A stretch of 64,000 nucleotides of DNA from sequence record NC_041916.1. One strand, given 5' to 3'. Shown here piece by piece: positions 1 through 11,200 of the stretch. Below the pieces are notes generated by a model. The model had not been told where the DNA came from. It searched no databases and saw only the letters and a list, made by a program, of their open reading frames with translations. The first letter of the stretch is position 1. Every line of letters begins with the position of its first letter. A program made the translations under genes and the position numbers.

Positions 1-3000
1 TGATGGTTGTTCCTGAAAGGGTGGTTGTACTACCTGCTATCGCTAGAGGGAGTTCCATCGTGTCGATAGAAACACCTTCGGCACCCGTGATGTTACTCAC
101 CCAGTTAATGACGTGAGTACCTTCAACGCCGTTGCCAGCATTAAACGTGTACGTCACCACTTCTTCAGTGTCACGAGTGAACTGGTAAGCGATTTGACCG
201 TTTTCATCAGTCATGGATTGAGGGAACGGAATACCGCCATCATCCCAAACCACACTCACGTTCGGCATAGGTTGCCCGAATTGGTCTTTCGTCAAGATAG
301 TAACATTGGCTGTTTCAGCAATGGTTGCTGTCTCAGGACCAGTGATCTCAATAGAGGTTACCACTGGAGGTGGAGCTGACCATGTAACAGTCAGAGTTAA
401 GTTCTCAACCGGACCGCTGCCGATGAAGTTGTAAACCACATCGCCGACTTCGTTAGCATTCAACGTAAACGTTGCGATACCATCTTGGTCAGAAGTGCGT
501 GCCGGCATGTTAGTACCACCGTCACTCCAAGCCACAGATTGACCAGCCATCGGATTACCGAATTGGTCTTTCGTTAGGATTTTAACTTCTAACGCTGTAC
601 CTGTTGTGCCCGCTGTTGGTGACTGAGTAAACTCCATGCTAGTGAAGATTGGATCAGGAAGACTCCAAGTAACTGTATGACCGATACGAGGAATGTTAGG
701 TTCCCAACCAAATTCGTAAAGCACGTCACCCGCTTCTGTAGCGTTGTAGTCGAACGACCACTTACCGCCCGGAGGTGAGCGGAACGCATCGCCCGGAGTA
801 CCGTTGATGAACGGACGGACTGATACGCCTTCGATTGGATTACCGTATTGGTCAAGCGTCATGGCTTCCAGTTTGACTGGTGTGCCAACTTCACCGGTGC
901 TTGGTTGTTCACCAACCCAAACGATGCTGGTGTATTCAGGTGGAACCAAGTGACCCCACTCAATATCAAACGATTCAGAAACCACAGCCCCAACATGAAC
1001 CGTGTAAGTCTTCTTCGTGTACTCAGCATAGCTGAGCGGGAACAAGAACTTACCTTCAGTGTCGATTGTACTTAATGTTTCACCGCCTTCAGTATCCACC
1101 AACTTAGCCACAACCACAGAGTTAGGAACTACGATTTGATCGTCAGCCGATAACAAGTGACCAGTTAGTTCAACTTCTTCACCTTCACTTGGATTTGCGC
1201 TGTGAGTATCAATAGCGATAGCTGTGTACTCTTTAAGCGGTTCATCCACCCAGCTGCTGTTCACTTGGGTACGAGCGTTCTCGGTGTAGATCATCACTTC
1301 AATAGAAGCGTCAGTCATACCCTCGATAGTGTACAGCCCGCGACCATGTTGGTTCGCATCAGGTGTGATAGTTAACGGTGTGAAGTTAGTGAAGTCAAAC
1401 GCCCCGATAACTGGGTTAGCAATCACCGCATCGTTCTGATCAGTAACCGTGATGTCAAACAACATCGCTTCACCGTTCACAGTAGGTTCGATGTTCAGTA
1501 CCTCTGTGATCGCCGAGCCTACCGGTTGATCAGTAAAGCTGACTTCGTAAACCCCAATGACCGTCGTTCCCACTTTAACTTCCAACATGACCGTTGAGTT
1601 TGGTTCTGTTGAGTTAAAGAGCAGCACCCCGTAACCTCGAGCATCCGTGTAAGTACCACGAATAGGTTGAGCACCACCTTGGATGTAAAGGTCTAGTGGA
1701 AGATCTACAACATCTGCACCAGCGTTCGTTGCTTTGAACGCCAAGAACACTGAACCGTCGTTAGCAGCACGTGTTGTAGAGAACGGAAGTTTTTCTACCG
1801 AGTCGTAAGCCGGAATAACCAACTCGACTTTAACAGTACCGTAAACTAGATCAGCGCCCGCACTCACGATCAATTCGTGATCACCTTCTTCGACCATATT
1901 AACATCAATACGGAACGAACCACCAATAGTTGGTGTGCTAACGTAATCAATCCCCGTTAGTTTGTCAGTGACTGTAACGACAACACCTTCAAGTAGATTA
2001 CCGTCTTTATCTTGGACGTTACCAGTAACCGCTACTGGTTTGTTAGGCAATGCTGTCGCAGGAACCACTACGTCACTAAGCACAACTTGTTTAGCTTCAC
2101 CATCCCAAGTAACAACGATGGATGTTTCTGATTCAACAATGTCGGTGAGCTTAGCTTTAATAGTGACAATCTCAGGGTCAGTAATAGAAACCACGTAAGC
2201 CTCTGAAACTTTACCTGTAGCGTAACCTAAGTGATCTGTAGTACCACCACTGATGTTTCCATACATCTCTTCAGAGTAGAAGTCTACCCACACGTTAGCA
2301 ACGCCTTGGTGAACTTGGTTCATTGCTCGAGCAACCAATGTTGCTTGCTCACCGTGTGCGACGGTTTCAGTGGTTGCTTTAGACATCTCAACCAACAGAT
2401 CGTCACGGAACGTTAGTGCAAACTCACCATAGTTCTCACCAGCATCACCTTCGTACTCTTGGTCTTCGAACCAGAATGTGTAGTCACCCGCCTCGTTCGG
2501 TACTACCGCTGAGTAAATTTCACCGTTAGGGCCGATGTGTGCGTAACCACCGTTGTAATCAACCCCGTCCATCTTACGATGTACAGCCACTTGAATACCG
2601 TAAGCTGGTTTGAATGGGTTACCGTCCGCATCTTGCGCTTGAGCCATGATAGGGAAGTAACCACCATCATTAACCATACCAACTGTCGGTGCGTCTGCGG
2701 TGAGCACGATCTTAGCTGGAGTAACTACATCGGCTTCGTCGACGACGACTAGGTCAAAGTAAACGCGGGAGTTAGATTGGCGGTGCCACATCACCATTGG
2801 GTGAGTACCCACCCCTAGTTTGAAGTCGCCGAACATTTCAGCGGTTTCAACGTTGTACACGGATGTTCCGTCAAGCACATAATCAGGAGAAGAAACAGAC
2901 ATCGCTTTGAAAGAAGGTAAGTGGTAAACATGCATGCCTTGAAGACTTGAGACGGGTGTACCAAGTTTATCTACAGCAGTGCATTTCACTACAGCTGATT

Positions 3001-5080
3001 TACCTACTTGTGTCTTCTCATTAATAGTGAAGTTAGCAAGTTCCATTACGCTCGGTCTTACATTACTACGAGTGTAATTCAGACGCAGTTGCTTGTCTTT
3101 GTACTTCGCCAAGTAGTAGACCGTTTCAAAGGCTTCAGTAAGTGGTGTATCCACCGTGACTTTAAGTTCAGCGAAACCGTATTCGTTGGTCATCACTGTC
3201 CCTAACTCTTCACCTTCGACTTCGTAGAAATCCGAACGGTAGAAGGTTACAGGTACGCCTGCCGCAGTTTCACCGTCGGCTGTAATAGCTGCAACACCAA
3301 TCAAGTCCTCAGTTCCTTCCGGTGTGGACTCGGTCATCCATGGTAGTGCTCTGAAACTTTCAAAGACTGGAACGCTGTCAATCCACGTGGTGTCATGATG
3401 TTCTGCTACCGCATTGGCGGCTAAGATCAATTCGTGATCACCGATAGGTAACGGACCGTAGTTGATGTTGAAACTGCCATCATCTCCAATTGCACCGTTC
3501 TCACCAAATTCTTGGTACTCCAATGTCGAGACGTTAAAGATACCGAGTTTCGTATCTTTAATAGGCGCACCGTTTTGGTCGTTCAGCACACCTGTGATCG
3601 TCATAGCGACATTATCTTTAGACTGGGTAGGGAAGACTACGTCTCTCAACGTCAAGCCCACAGGAACGCTTGCAGGCTTCCAGTAAACACCCGCCACTGC
3701 TTTAGACTCACCCACGATAGCGGTGATCTCTTCGTAGGTACGGTTTTCATCACCGCCCTGACTGATAGGAACTTCGAGGATGTGGTTGCCATCCACCGGT
3801 GTATTGGTGTAATGACGTTTACCAGAGCTCTCGATGTAATCTACCGCAGCAGCGGGTACCGCTTTACCATTAGTACCAGTAACAACGAAAGCAACAAAAC
3901 CATCCTGACCGGTAGGGACAGCATCGTTACCATATTCACACTTACTAATCGTTAACCCATCACGATATTCGAATTCGTGATCAAGTTTAGAAACCCCGTC
4001 AATCATCACGCCTTGACGTTGTGTCTTGGCTGTGTCTGATTGCGCGTTAATCACCAAAGAACCGTCTGGCAAAATAATGCCGAAAGACTTAGATGACCCG
4101 TTAATGGTGTTGTTGAATTTTAACTCGTTACGAACTTTAACCACTTCACCATCAGCGTTATAAGCAATAGCCTTAACGTAAGTATCTACCACGGTTGGGT
4201 AGACATGAGCATCGGGTGCAGTTAAACGAACCGTATCGATCACATCACTGACTTGGTCTTGCCACGTAACCGTAACGTCTTTACGACCGTTATCAGAGAA
4301 GAAGCACAAACGGTGTGAACCTTCACCTTGGTCATTCGGAGCCATGATGATACGACCATCAGGGTCTTGGTAAAAGTTAGAACTGATGATGGACAGTTTG
4401 TCTTTACTAAAGATGTCGAAGTTGTAAGGCTGAATAATCACTTCGCCATTTTGGTCTAACAAGTAACCACCCAGAACCGCACGACCACCCGGTTCCACTT
4501 CGTCAGTGTACATGAAGTCGGAAATCGCGTAAGTCAAAGGCTTGCTGTCGGTCGTCCATTCAACCGTGTGTGTTGCGATGGTTTTGCCAATGGTGGCATT
4601 AAAACGACGCGGACCTAATGCTAAGCTACCCGATTCCGTTGTAGGAGAAACTAGGAACTCAACGATACCGAAGCGGTCAGTGTTTACTGTAGCCGTCGGG
4701 TTCGGGTCTGAACTGTCGTCGTAGAACGTTACAGGTGCGTTTGGTACACCTTTACCATCAGGGTCAGTTACCGCAAAGGCGATCAATGCACTATGACCTT
4801 GGTGGGTTTCACTGGAGGAATAAGGGAGAACCGTTAAGTTCAAATCGTCTACGAAGAAGACTTCGTAAGAACCAACTTCTAACCCGTTGTACATGAATGT
4901 GATATCACATTCCCCTACCTTTTCAGAAGTCAGGTTAAATGACCACGTACCGTCTGGTTCGGTGATCACGGAGATGTCATCCCCACCATCACTTCGAACA
5001 CCGGTAATGGTTACTGGTTTTCCGGGCACGATAGGTCGACCCTGAGCATCCAGTATATTACCCTTAATAATCCCAATCAT
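1..5080 (-). CDS. Giant Ig-like (invasin/Big_1-like) repeat protein, probable tail fibre/adhesin; >=1693 aa, 3' end outside window
   Basis: Not in the ORF track because it has no stop in the window. ATG at 5080 after GGAG; my manual translation stays open to position 2 (MIGIIKGNILDAQGRPIVPG...MELPLAIAGSTTTLSGTTI). ~95-aa beta-rich repeats with DQxGxP and TDxxG motifs, similar to the C-terminal part of the upstream gene. Confidence 0.85.
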   Translation of the reverse strand, partial: MIGIIKGNILDAQGRPIVPGKPVTITGVRSDGGDDISVITEPDGTWSFNLTSEKVGECDITFMYNGLEVGSYEVFFVDDLNLTVLPYSSSETHQGHSALIAFAVTDPDGKGVPNAPVTFYDDSSDPNPTATVNTDRFGIVEFLVSPTTESGSLALGPRRFNATIGKTIATHTVEWTTDSKPLTYAISDFMYTDEVEPGGRAVLGGYLLDQNGEVIIQPYNFDIFSKDKLSIISSNFYQDPDGRIIMAPNDQGEGSHRLCFFSDNGRKDVTVTWQDQVSDVIDTVRLTAPDAHVYPTVVDTYVKAIAYNADGEVVKVRNELKFNNTINGSSKSFGIILPDGSLVINAQSDTAKTQRQGVMIDGVSKLDHEFEYRDGLTISKCEYGNDAVPTGQDGFVAFVVTGTNGKAVPAAAVDYIESSGKRHYTNTPVDGNHILEVPISQGGDENRTYEEITAIVGESKAVAGVYWKPASVPVGLTLRDVVFPTQSKDNVAMTITGVLNDQNGAPIKDTKLGIFNVSTLEYQEFGENGAIGDDGSFNINYGPLPIGDHELILAANAVAEHHDTTWIDSVPVFESFRALPWMTESTPEGTEDLIGVAAITADGETAAGVPVTFYRSDFYEVEGEELGTVMTNEYGFAELKVTVDTPLTEAFETVYYLAKYKDKQLRLNYTRSNVRPSVMELANFTINEKTQVGKSAVVKCTAVDKLGTPVSSLQGMHVYHLPSFKAMSVSSPDYVLDGTSVYNVETAEMFGDFKLGVGTHPMVMWHRQSNSRVYFDLVVVDEADVVTPAKIVLTADAPTVGMVNDGGYFPIMAQAQDADGNPFKPAYGIQVAVHRKMDGVDYNGGYAHIGPNGEIYSAVVPNEAGDYTFWFEDQEYEGDAGENYGEFALTFRDDLLVEMSKATTETVAHGEQATLVARAMNQVHQGVANVWVDFYSEEMYGNISGGTTDHLGYATGKVSEAYVVSITDPEIVTIKAKLTDIVESETSIVVTWDGEAKQVVLSDVVVPATALPNKPVAVTGNVQDKDGNLLEGVVVTVTDKLTGIDYVSTPTIGGSFRIDVNMVEEGDHELIVSAGADLVYGTVKVELVIPAYDSVEKLPFSTTRAANDGSVFLAFKATNAGADVVDLPLDLYIQGGAQPIRGTYTDARGYGVLLFNSTEPNSTVMLEVKVGTTVIGVYEVSFTDQPVGSAITEVLNIEPTVNGEAMLFDITVTDQNDAVIANPVIGAFDFTNFTPLTITPDANQHGRGLYTIEGMTDASIEVMIYTENARTQVNSSWVDEPLKEYTAIAIDTHSANPSEGEEVELTGHLLSADDQIVVPNSVVVAKLVDTEGGETLSTIDTEGKFLFPLSYAEYTKKTYTVHVGAVVSESFDIEWGHLVPPEYTSIVWVGEQPSTGEVGTPVKLEAMTLDQYGNPIEGVSVRPFINGTPGDAFRSPPGGKWSFDYNATEAGDVLYEFGWEPNIPRIGHTVTWSLPDPIFTSMEFTQSPTAGTTGTALEVKILTKDQFGNPMAGQSVAWSDGGTNMPARTSDQDGIATFTLNANEVGDVVYNFIGSGPVENLTLTVTWSAPPPVVTSIEITGPETATIAETANVTILTKDQFGQPMPNVSVVWDDGGIPFPQSMTDENGQIAYQFTRDTEEVVTYTFNAGNGVEGTHVINWVSNITGAEGVSIDTMELPLAIAGSTTTLSGTTI

Positions 5081-5146
5081 TATTAACTCCGTTAATTAGG
5101 TTAATTAAATTCTTTTGTTGACATCATCGTTGATTAAAGGATGAAA

Positions 5147-5168
5147 TAGGGGGAACGAATTCCCCCTA
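5147..5168 (-). terminator. UUCG-capped hairpin between the two Ig-repeat genes (weak terminator or processing signal)
   Basis: TAGGGGGAA-TTCG-TTCCCCCTA on the minus strand; only a short T run follows. Confidence 0.6.
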
Positions 5169-5206
5169 AGATTATGGACTGTCTTGTGACACTAAATCAC
5201 AGACCC

Positions 5207-8200
5207 CTAGATTATCGTCGCCGAACCTTTCATGGTTACGGTGTCATCGACGATACCCACCGGTGGTGAGTCTTCCGCAATATCAATACGGATTTCGAAC
5301 GGCTTCGGTAAGACCTCACCATTTTCAATCAGAATGTATTTGTTGGACGATTCATCCACGTTCACACGGTTAATGGTAATCAAGCCATCGATGACCTCGA
5401 CGCTCACTTCTTCGTAGTAAGAGCCAGTGTAAAGAATCATGTCTTTAACACCCGCTTGGTCCCAAGGACCGATTTCTACGTCAAAGAGTTTAGAACCACC
5501 GTCTACCGCACTTTGGTTGTAGTTGTAGTTATGACGATCGTACAGACCGACAGGCATGCTGCTGATCGGGTTACCACGTTGATCGATCACTTTACCACTG
5601 ACGTTGAACAGGTCGCCTAGGGCGATACCAGTTGCTTTAGTCAGCTCAGAGAACGACGTAGGTAACAAGATGCTGTCCGAAGACCAGTCTACGTTATGTT
5701 CATCACGTTTGCCAGCGTACACTGCAATAGCGGTTACACGATCACGGTCAACGATGTAAGGAACTCGGAATGTTGCCACGCCGTATTCATCTGTTGTCGC
5801 TTTCGCGTTCAACACACCATTGCCTTCGATAGAGATACCGAACGTACCACCAACAACTGGGTTACCCAAGTTATCTTTAAAGCCGTACGCCAAAGTAGCT
5901 TCTTTACCGAAGTGTAGATCAGAACTGCTGTAAGGTGCAGGATGCATCACCACGTTGTCGTGGTAGCGTACTGTGAGGTCACCCATGCCGATGTCATTGT
6001 CACCCGCTGGTGTCAACTTCCAAATAACTGTATCTTCTGCTCCGTGAGTCAGTGTTACTGTCCAGTTACCTTCAGTGTCAATGACACCTTTAATAACCGC
6101 ACCGCTTACTGAGTTCACTGCATCAAATTCAGTTTCCTCTGTAGGAGTAAATGGAGTGCCATCCAACTGATGCGCTGTACCCGTTACCACCATATCTGAG
6201 TTGGTTGTCCAGAAGTCACTTAGGTACTCTGATGGACGTAGGTCAGCCAACACCATAGGGCGAGCGTTCCAAACCACTTGTTCATTTTGATGGTGCATGT
6301 TCAATGCGAACACTACGTTGTTAGTCCCTTCTAGGAATGGACCGTAAGTTGCGTTCAACATACCGTCGCTGGTCAGGTTGTCTGACAGATCAACCAATTC
6401 CAGTTTCTCTTTCGAGAACACAACCGCCCAACCATTTTCAGCAGACTGGTTACCGTTTTGTGTTAACACGGTACCGTTGACGCTTAGTGGGTTAGGAAGT
6501 TCGGCTTGACGGACGATATTCAAAATACCGAAACTTGCCGGGTATTGTTCTGAATCGTTGACTTCCACCCAAGTAATGTAACCCTCGGACTTAGTATCAC
6601 CGAACACAGACTCGACATTATCGTTCTCAACAAACTCACCCCAACGTAGGGTAGATTCTGCGATACCGAATCGGTCAGTACGTACTTTGCTGATTGGTAC
6701 GTTAGGGAACGCATTCAGTCTAAACTCTACTGTGGCGTTAGGAACCCCATTGCCTGCTGCATCTTTAACGTAAGCCGCGATGAACACGTCTCCGCCTCGG
6801 ATAGCAGCGTCTTGAGAGTATTTAGCGTACGTGACTGCCGCACCACTGATGAACTTAACTGCTTTAGTAGCAATGTCTTGTCCATCTTTCACAAAGCTGT
6901 AGTGCCATTGACCGTCACTGCTTTGTTCCACTGGTATTGAAATCGTACCATCAGGCATCGCCCAAGCAGTACCGAACTCAACATCGTCAGTACGACGGTA
7001 ACTAACTTCAACCGGACCTTGGATACGCATACGTTGTTCACCTTCTTCAGGTGTCCAGCGCATAAGCTTACCATCGATCAACGTTTCCGCACCAGTGCCT
7101 ACTACCTCGGCAGTATCAGTTGGGATCATCCAACCAATCGCTGCGTATTGAACAGCCGGAGCTGACAACCAAGTGATCGTTCTAGTGAACTGAGAAGACT
7201 CAGTGTAGAACGCAATGTCGTGTTCCCCTTCTGATTGTGCTGCCAAATGTCCGTAGAACATCTCGCGGTCATTATCGTGCTTGGTTAACGTTACAGTTTG
7301 TAGTGTACGTTTGTTAAACGCTGACATAGCTGTAACCGGAACGTAACGATCGTTAAAGCCACCCATCGCCACTGCAACAACTGCATCTGAGCCCGCACCG
7401 ACTGTGTCAGTATGGTCTGACCAACGAACCATAACAGGCAAGCTGTAATCGTTCTTAGTCCAGTTGATGGTATGTTCTTCATTGAAGTCATTGGTGTAAC
7501 TAGCCAGTACTTTGATGTCGCCATCCCAGTAAACTGGTACCATTTGAACTTCGCCGAACACGGTGGTTTCTTTTGGATTCTCATCGTTGTCCGGAAGGAT
7601 GAATTCAGCAATACCGTTTTCATCAGTAAGAACAGTTTGTGACTGTAGACCCGCGTAACGCAAACTGATGGTTACAGGGATGTTAGGTACAGCGTTGCCG
7701 TACTCACCCATGGCAGCAATTGCTACAAAACCTTGTTCACGGTAAACCTGACGGGTGTTAGAGTAAGGTAGTACGCGAAGACCTACTACTGGTTCGGCTT
7801 CACCAACCCACTCGATGGTTTCTTCACGAATGTCATAACCTGTTGCGAACAACAGATGACGTGTTCCATCCCAAGAGCTTCCGCCTGCGATTGTTGCTGA
7901 CAGACTACCGTCACCGCCAAACTCGTAATAAGGAGGACGATGATTTACGTCAGACGCTGTACCACAGTCAACGTAATCGAACGAACCTTTATCAAAGATA
8001 AAGAAGTGTTCAGTCGGACTACTTTCACCTGCTTTCGCGCTCACGCCAGTGGTCAGTCTTACTTCACCACGACCATAACCGATTTGATCGATAAACGTCA
8101 CATCAATTACATCAGCCATTAGTGGATCAGTTGTACCAGCATCGTACCAAGTCACCGTTTGAGTTCTAGGCTGTGCCTCAACAAACACACTCGCCACACC

Positions 8201-11200
8201 GGAGGTGGTTTCGATAGTTTGACTTGTACCACTCAACACTGTTGGAGTGTCAATGACACCATTGGTTGGTGTGTCTGGGTTAAACGAAGCGACTACTGTA
8301 TTGGTTCCCGGTACCGCATCGTCACTACCAAGCACCAGTTCCATGATACCCCACTCATCGGTAATACCGTTCGTGTAGATTTCATTTTCTTCTGGGTTGA
8401 TAGCTTTCAACAGAGTCAGCCCTGCTACTGCTCGATCGTGTTCATCACGAACACCCCAAGCTACTCGCGCCGATTCCCCAGTAAAGCGGAAGGTTTGAGA
8501 GTAAGGCAGTTCTGTTACCGTACCATTGATGTATTCGATTTCAAACGTGGTTAAGATGCGTGAACCATCTTTGATGGTGTACACAACTGTACCCGCGCCC
8601 ACTACATCATGGATGTAGAAACCGATTGAACCGTCACTGTTAACCACGGTGTTACCAGTTGAACCGTCACTACCTTCCCATGTTACTGGGGTAGGAGTAG
8701 ATGGTTGGTAAACCGATTCGTCACCTGCAATACCTGTACCACGAATGTAGACCGTAGGAGCATCTACCGGAGTTAGGGCTTTTGTTGCGGTGTCGTCAGC
8801 CAGCTCAATGCGAGATAACACTTTATCGTAGACTCGCCATGTGATCGGCCACACTTTAGTATCACACTCAGAGAAGAACACTAGGTTGTGTTTACCTTCA
8901 GGAAGTGGATCCACCCAGAACGCTTGTTCACCGTTACCTAACACACCTGCCCAATCGTTAAGATCGTGTGCTGGAGGTAGGTTATCCGGGTCGTAAGGTT
9001 GTAGAGTCACCAAAGAGTAATCGTCACGGTTGTAACACATCAAACGACCAGTAGGGACTGGGTCGCCTTCTTCATTTGATACAACTGCACGCACTAACGG
9101 TGTAACACCGTTGTAAACAAACTGTGGTGCGTTAAATGAAGAGATCGTGTGAGCGATGTCTGTTTCTTCTGTCCAAATTAATTCCACCGTTGCTTCTTTC
9201 TCACCAGCAAAGCCAGCGATTTCACCAAAGCCTGTTTGGTAGTAAGGAACTGTGTATTCAAACTTACCGTACTTGTCAGTTATGCCATAACCCAAGTCTT
9301 TCTCTACCGGCAAGCGTTGGACGATGTCAATGCGTTGACCTACCATCACATCACCGTTCTCGTCTACCACGTACCAGCCAATGGTCATGGTCTCACCCAC
9401 CGGAATGCGGTAGTCTAGGTCGACGTTAGGTAATGGACGAATAAAGATCTCGCCTTCGAATTTAACTGTGAATGTACCGACTACACGAGTGTTAGATTTA
9501 AAGGTGTATTGGATATCGCCTTCTACATCGCTAGATGCTTTGAACGACCAACGACCATCACCCATGGAGTGTGCTTTCGCTACATTACCGTTACCGTACT
9601 CTACATCAAACTCGAATTCAGTGCCCGGAGCAAACAGTTTACCATGTTGGTCTACTGTCTCACCCTCCAACAACGCTGGAAGACCAAGTTTCGTTTCACG
9701 CGGCAAGCCGGCGTCAAACTTCAAGTTGTCTAAGCGTGCTGGTTCACCCATCCAAGTAATGGTGTGGGTTACCGGAGCCTTACCTTCTAGTTCAAACAAG
9801 AACGTAGTAACTTCCCAATCTTTAAACGGACCGACTTGAGTTTCAAAGCGACCGTCGATGCCTGCGTAAATCAGATCAGACTCACCGCTACCTAGTCGGG
9901 TAACCTTGATTGGGGTTTGACCTTCACTTACAAAGTCATTGCCTTCTGCATCCACCAATTTACCGGAAATAGCCACGGTAGTACCGGCAGGTGCTTCTGT
10001 TGGGTTTTCACTATCCAGTACAATGCGGTCAGCCACGATAACTTCTTTCTCCCACGTTGCCGTGCCGAAAGCGAAGTCGTTGTCTGTCCATACGACGATG
10101 TCGTAAGTATTGCCCGGTTCCATGTACGCGTGGTTCAACACATACGTACCTTTAGCGGCTGTCGTAGTAACGTTAGCCGGATTCCATTGAGGGCCGAAAC
10201 CAAACGTTGTAGTGACACCTTGTACCAGTTCACCGAATTGATCGTAGACACGACCTGTGACCGCCATTTGATCGGTACCCACAAAGGTCCAGTCAATTTG
10301 GTCTAAGGTGATGCGGTCGCCGTAAGACTCAGTTTCTACCCAAGTCAATACACGAACGTCGTCGGTACCGCCCGCCTTGATGTTCATGACTGCAACTTTC
10401 TCATCACCCGTATGGAAACGAGTCAACAAGAAATCACCATTTTCATCTGTGGTCTCCGCTCGGATAGTATCCAAGTCATCACCAACCATGGAGTAGAATG
10501 GGAAGTCACGTAGACGGTTTTGTTCGTCGTCTTCCAAGTAACCGTAAGCGCGTGCAGGTTTGTTCACACCCACTTTCGTAGGAGAGTAAGGATAGAACTC
10601 ACTAACGATGGTGTTTTCATTCTCGATGATCTCGATATCTTTTTCCAAGATATAAACTGGTGCTTTACCCGTTTCGAATGCAAACTCGATAGTTTCAGTT
10701 TCACCTACTGGTTTCTCGGACCATGTGTAGAAGCGGAATGAACCGTCAATCTTCACAGGAACTTTACGTGGGGACTTATCGTGGAATACACCACCACGAA
10801 CCATTAAGTTCGTTAAGCCGTCTTTCATTGGTTTACCGAACTGGTCGTAAACCACACCACTTACCGCAAAGACTTCATTCAGACCAATGCGACCCACTAC
10901 TTCACGATCAAGTTCAATCGACGTAGGTTCTGGTGTTTCTGTACTTGGGCCTTCCACGACATCAATAGAGACACCTGTGGTTGCCAATAACAGACGTTCG
11001 CCTTGAATGGATTCGTAAACCCAACGAACAAAGATCGTACGACCTTGTGGTTCTTGTACATCCAAGTAAAGCTTGTCTGCCCATTTCGATATCGCGTAAG
11101 AGTACACTTTACCTGAGCTGACTTCAATCTCAAAGTGAGTAGGTTTCATCGGACCTTTCTCACGCTGGCTATTGTACGACGGTTCTACTGCATAGTAGGT

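Noticed and set aside
113-4724. Short track ORFs on both strands within 1-5080
   Set aside because: They are shadows of the long minus-strand Ig ORF that the track missed; no RBS and no protein-like composition.
5185-5201. TGTGA-N7-TCACA resembling a CRP site
   Set aside because: CRP needs a 6-nt spacer; this is more likely a small hairpin.
5081-5206. Possible self-splicing intron joining the in-frame Ig ORFs
   Set aside because: 126 nt is too short for a group I/II intron and no core motifs are visible; the downstream ORF has its own RBS.
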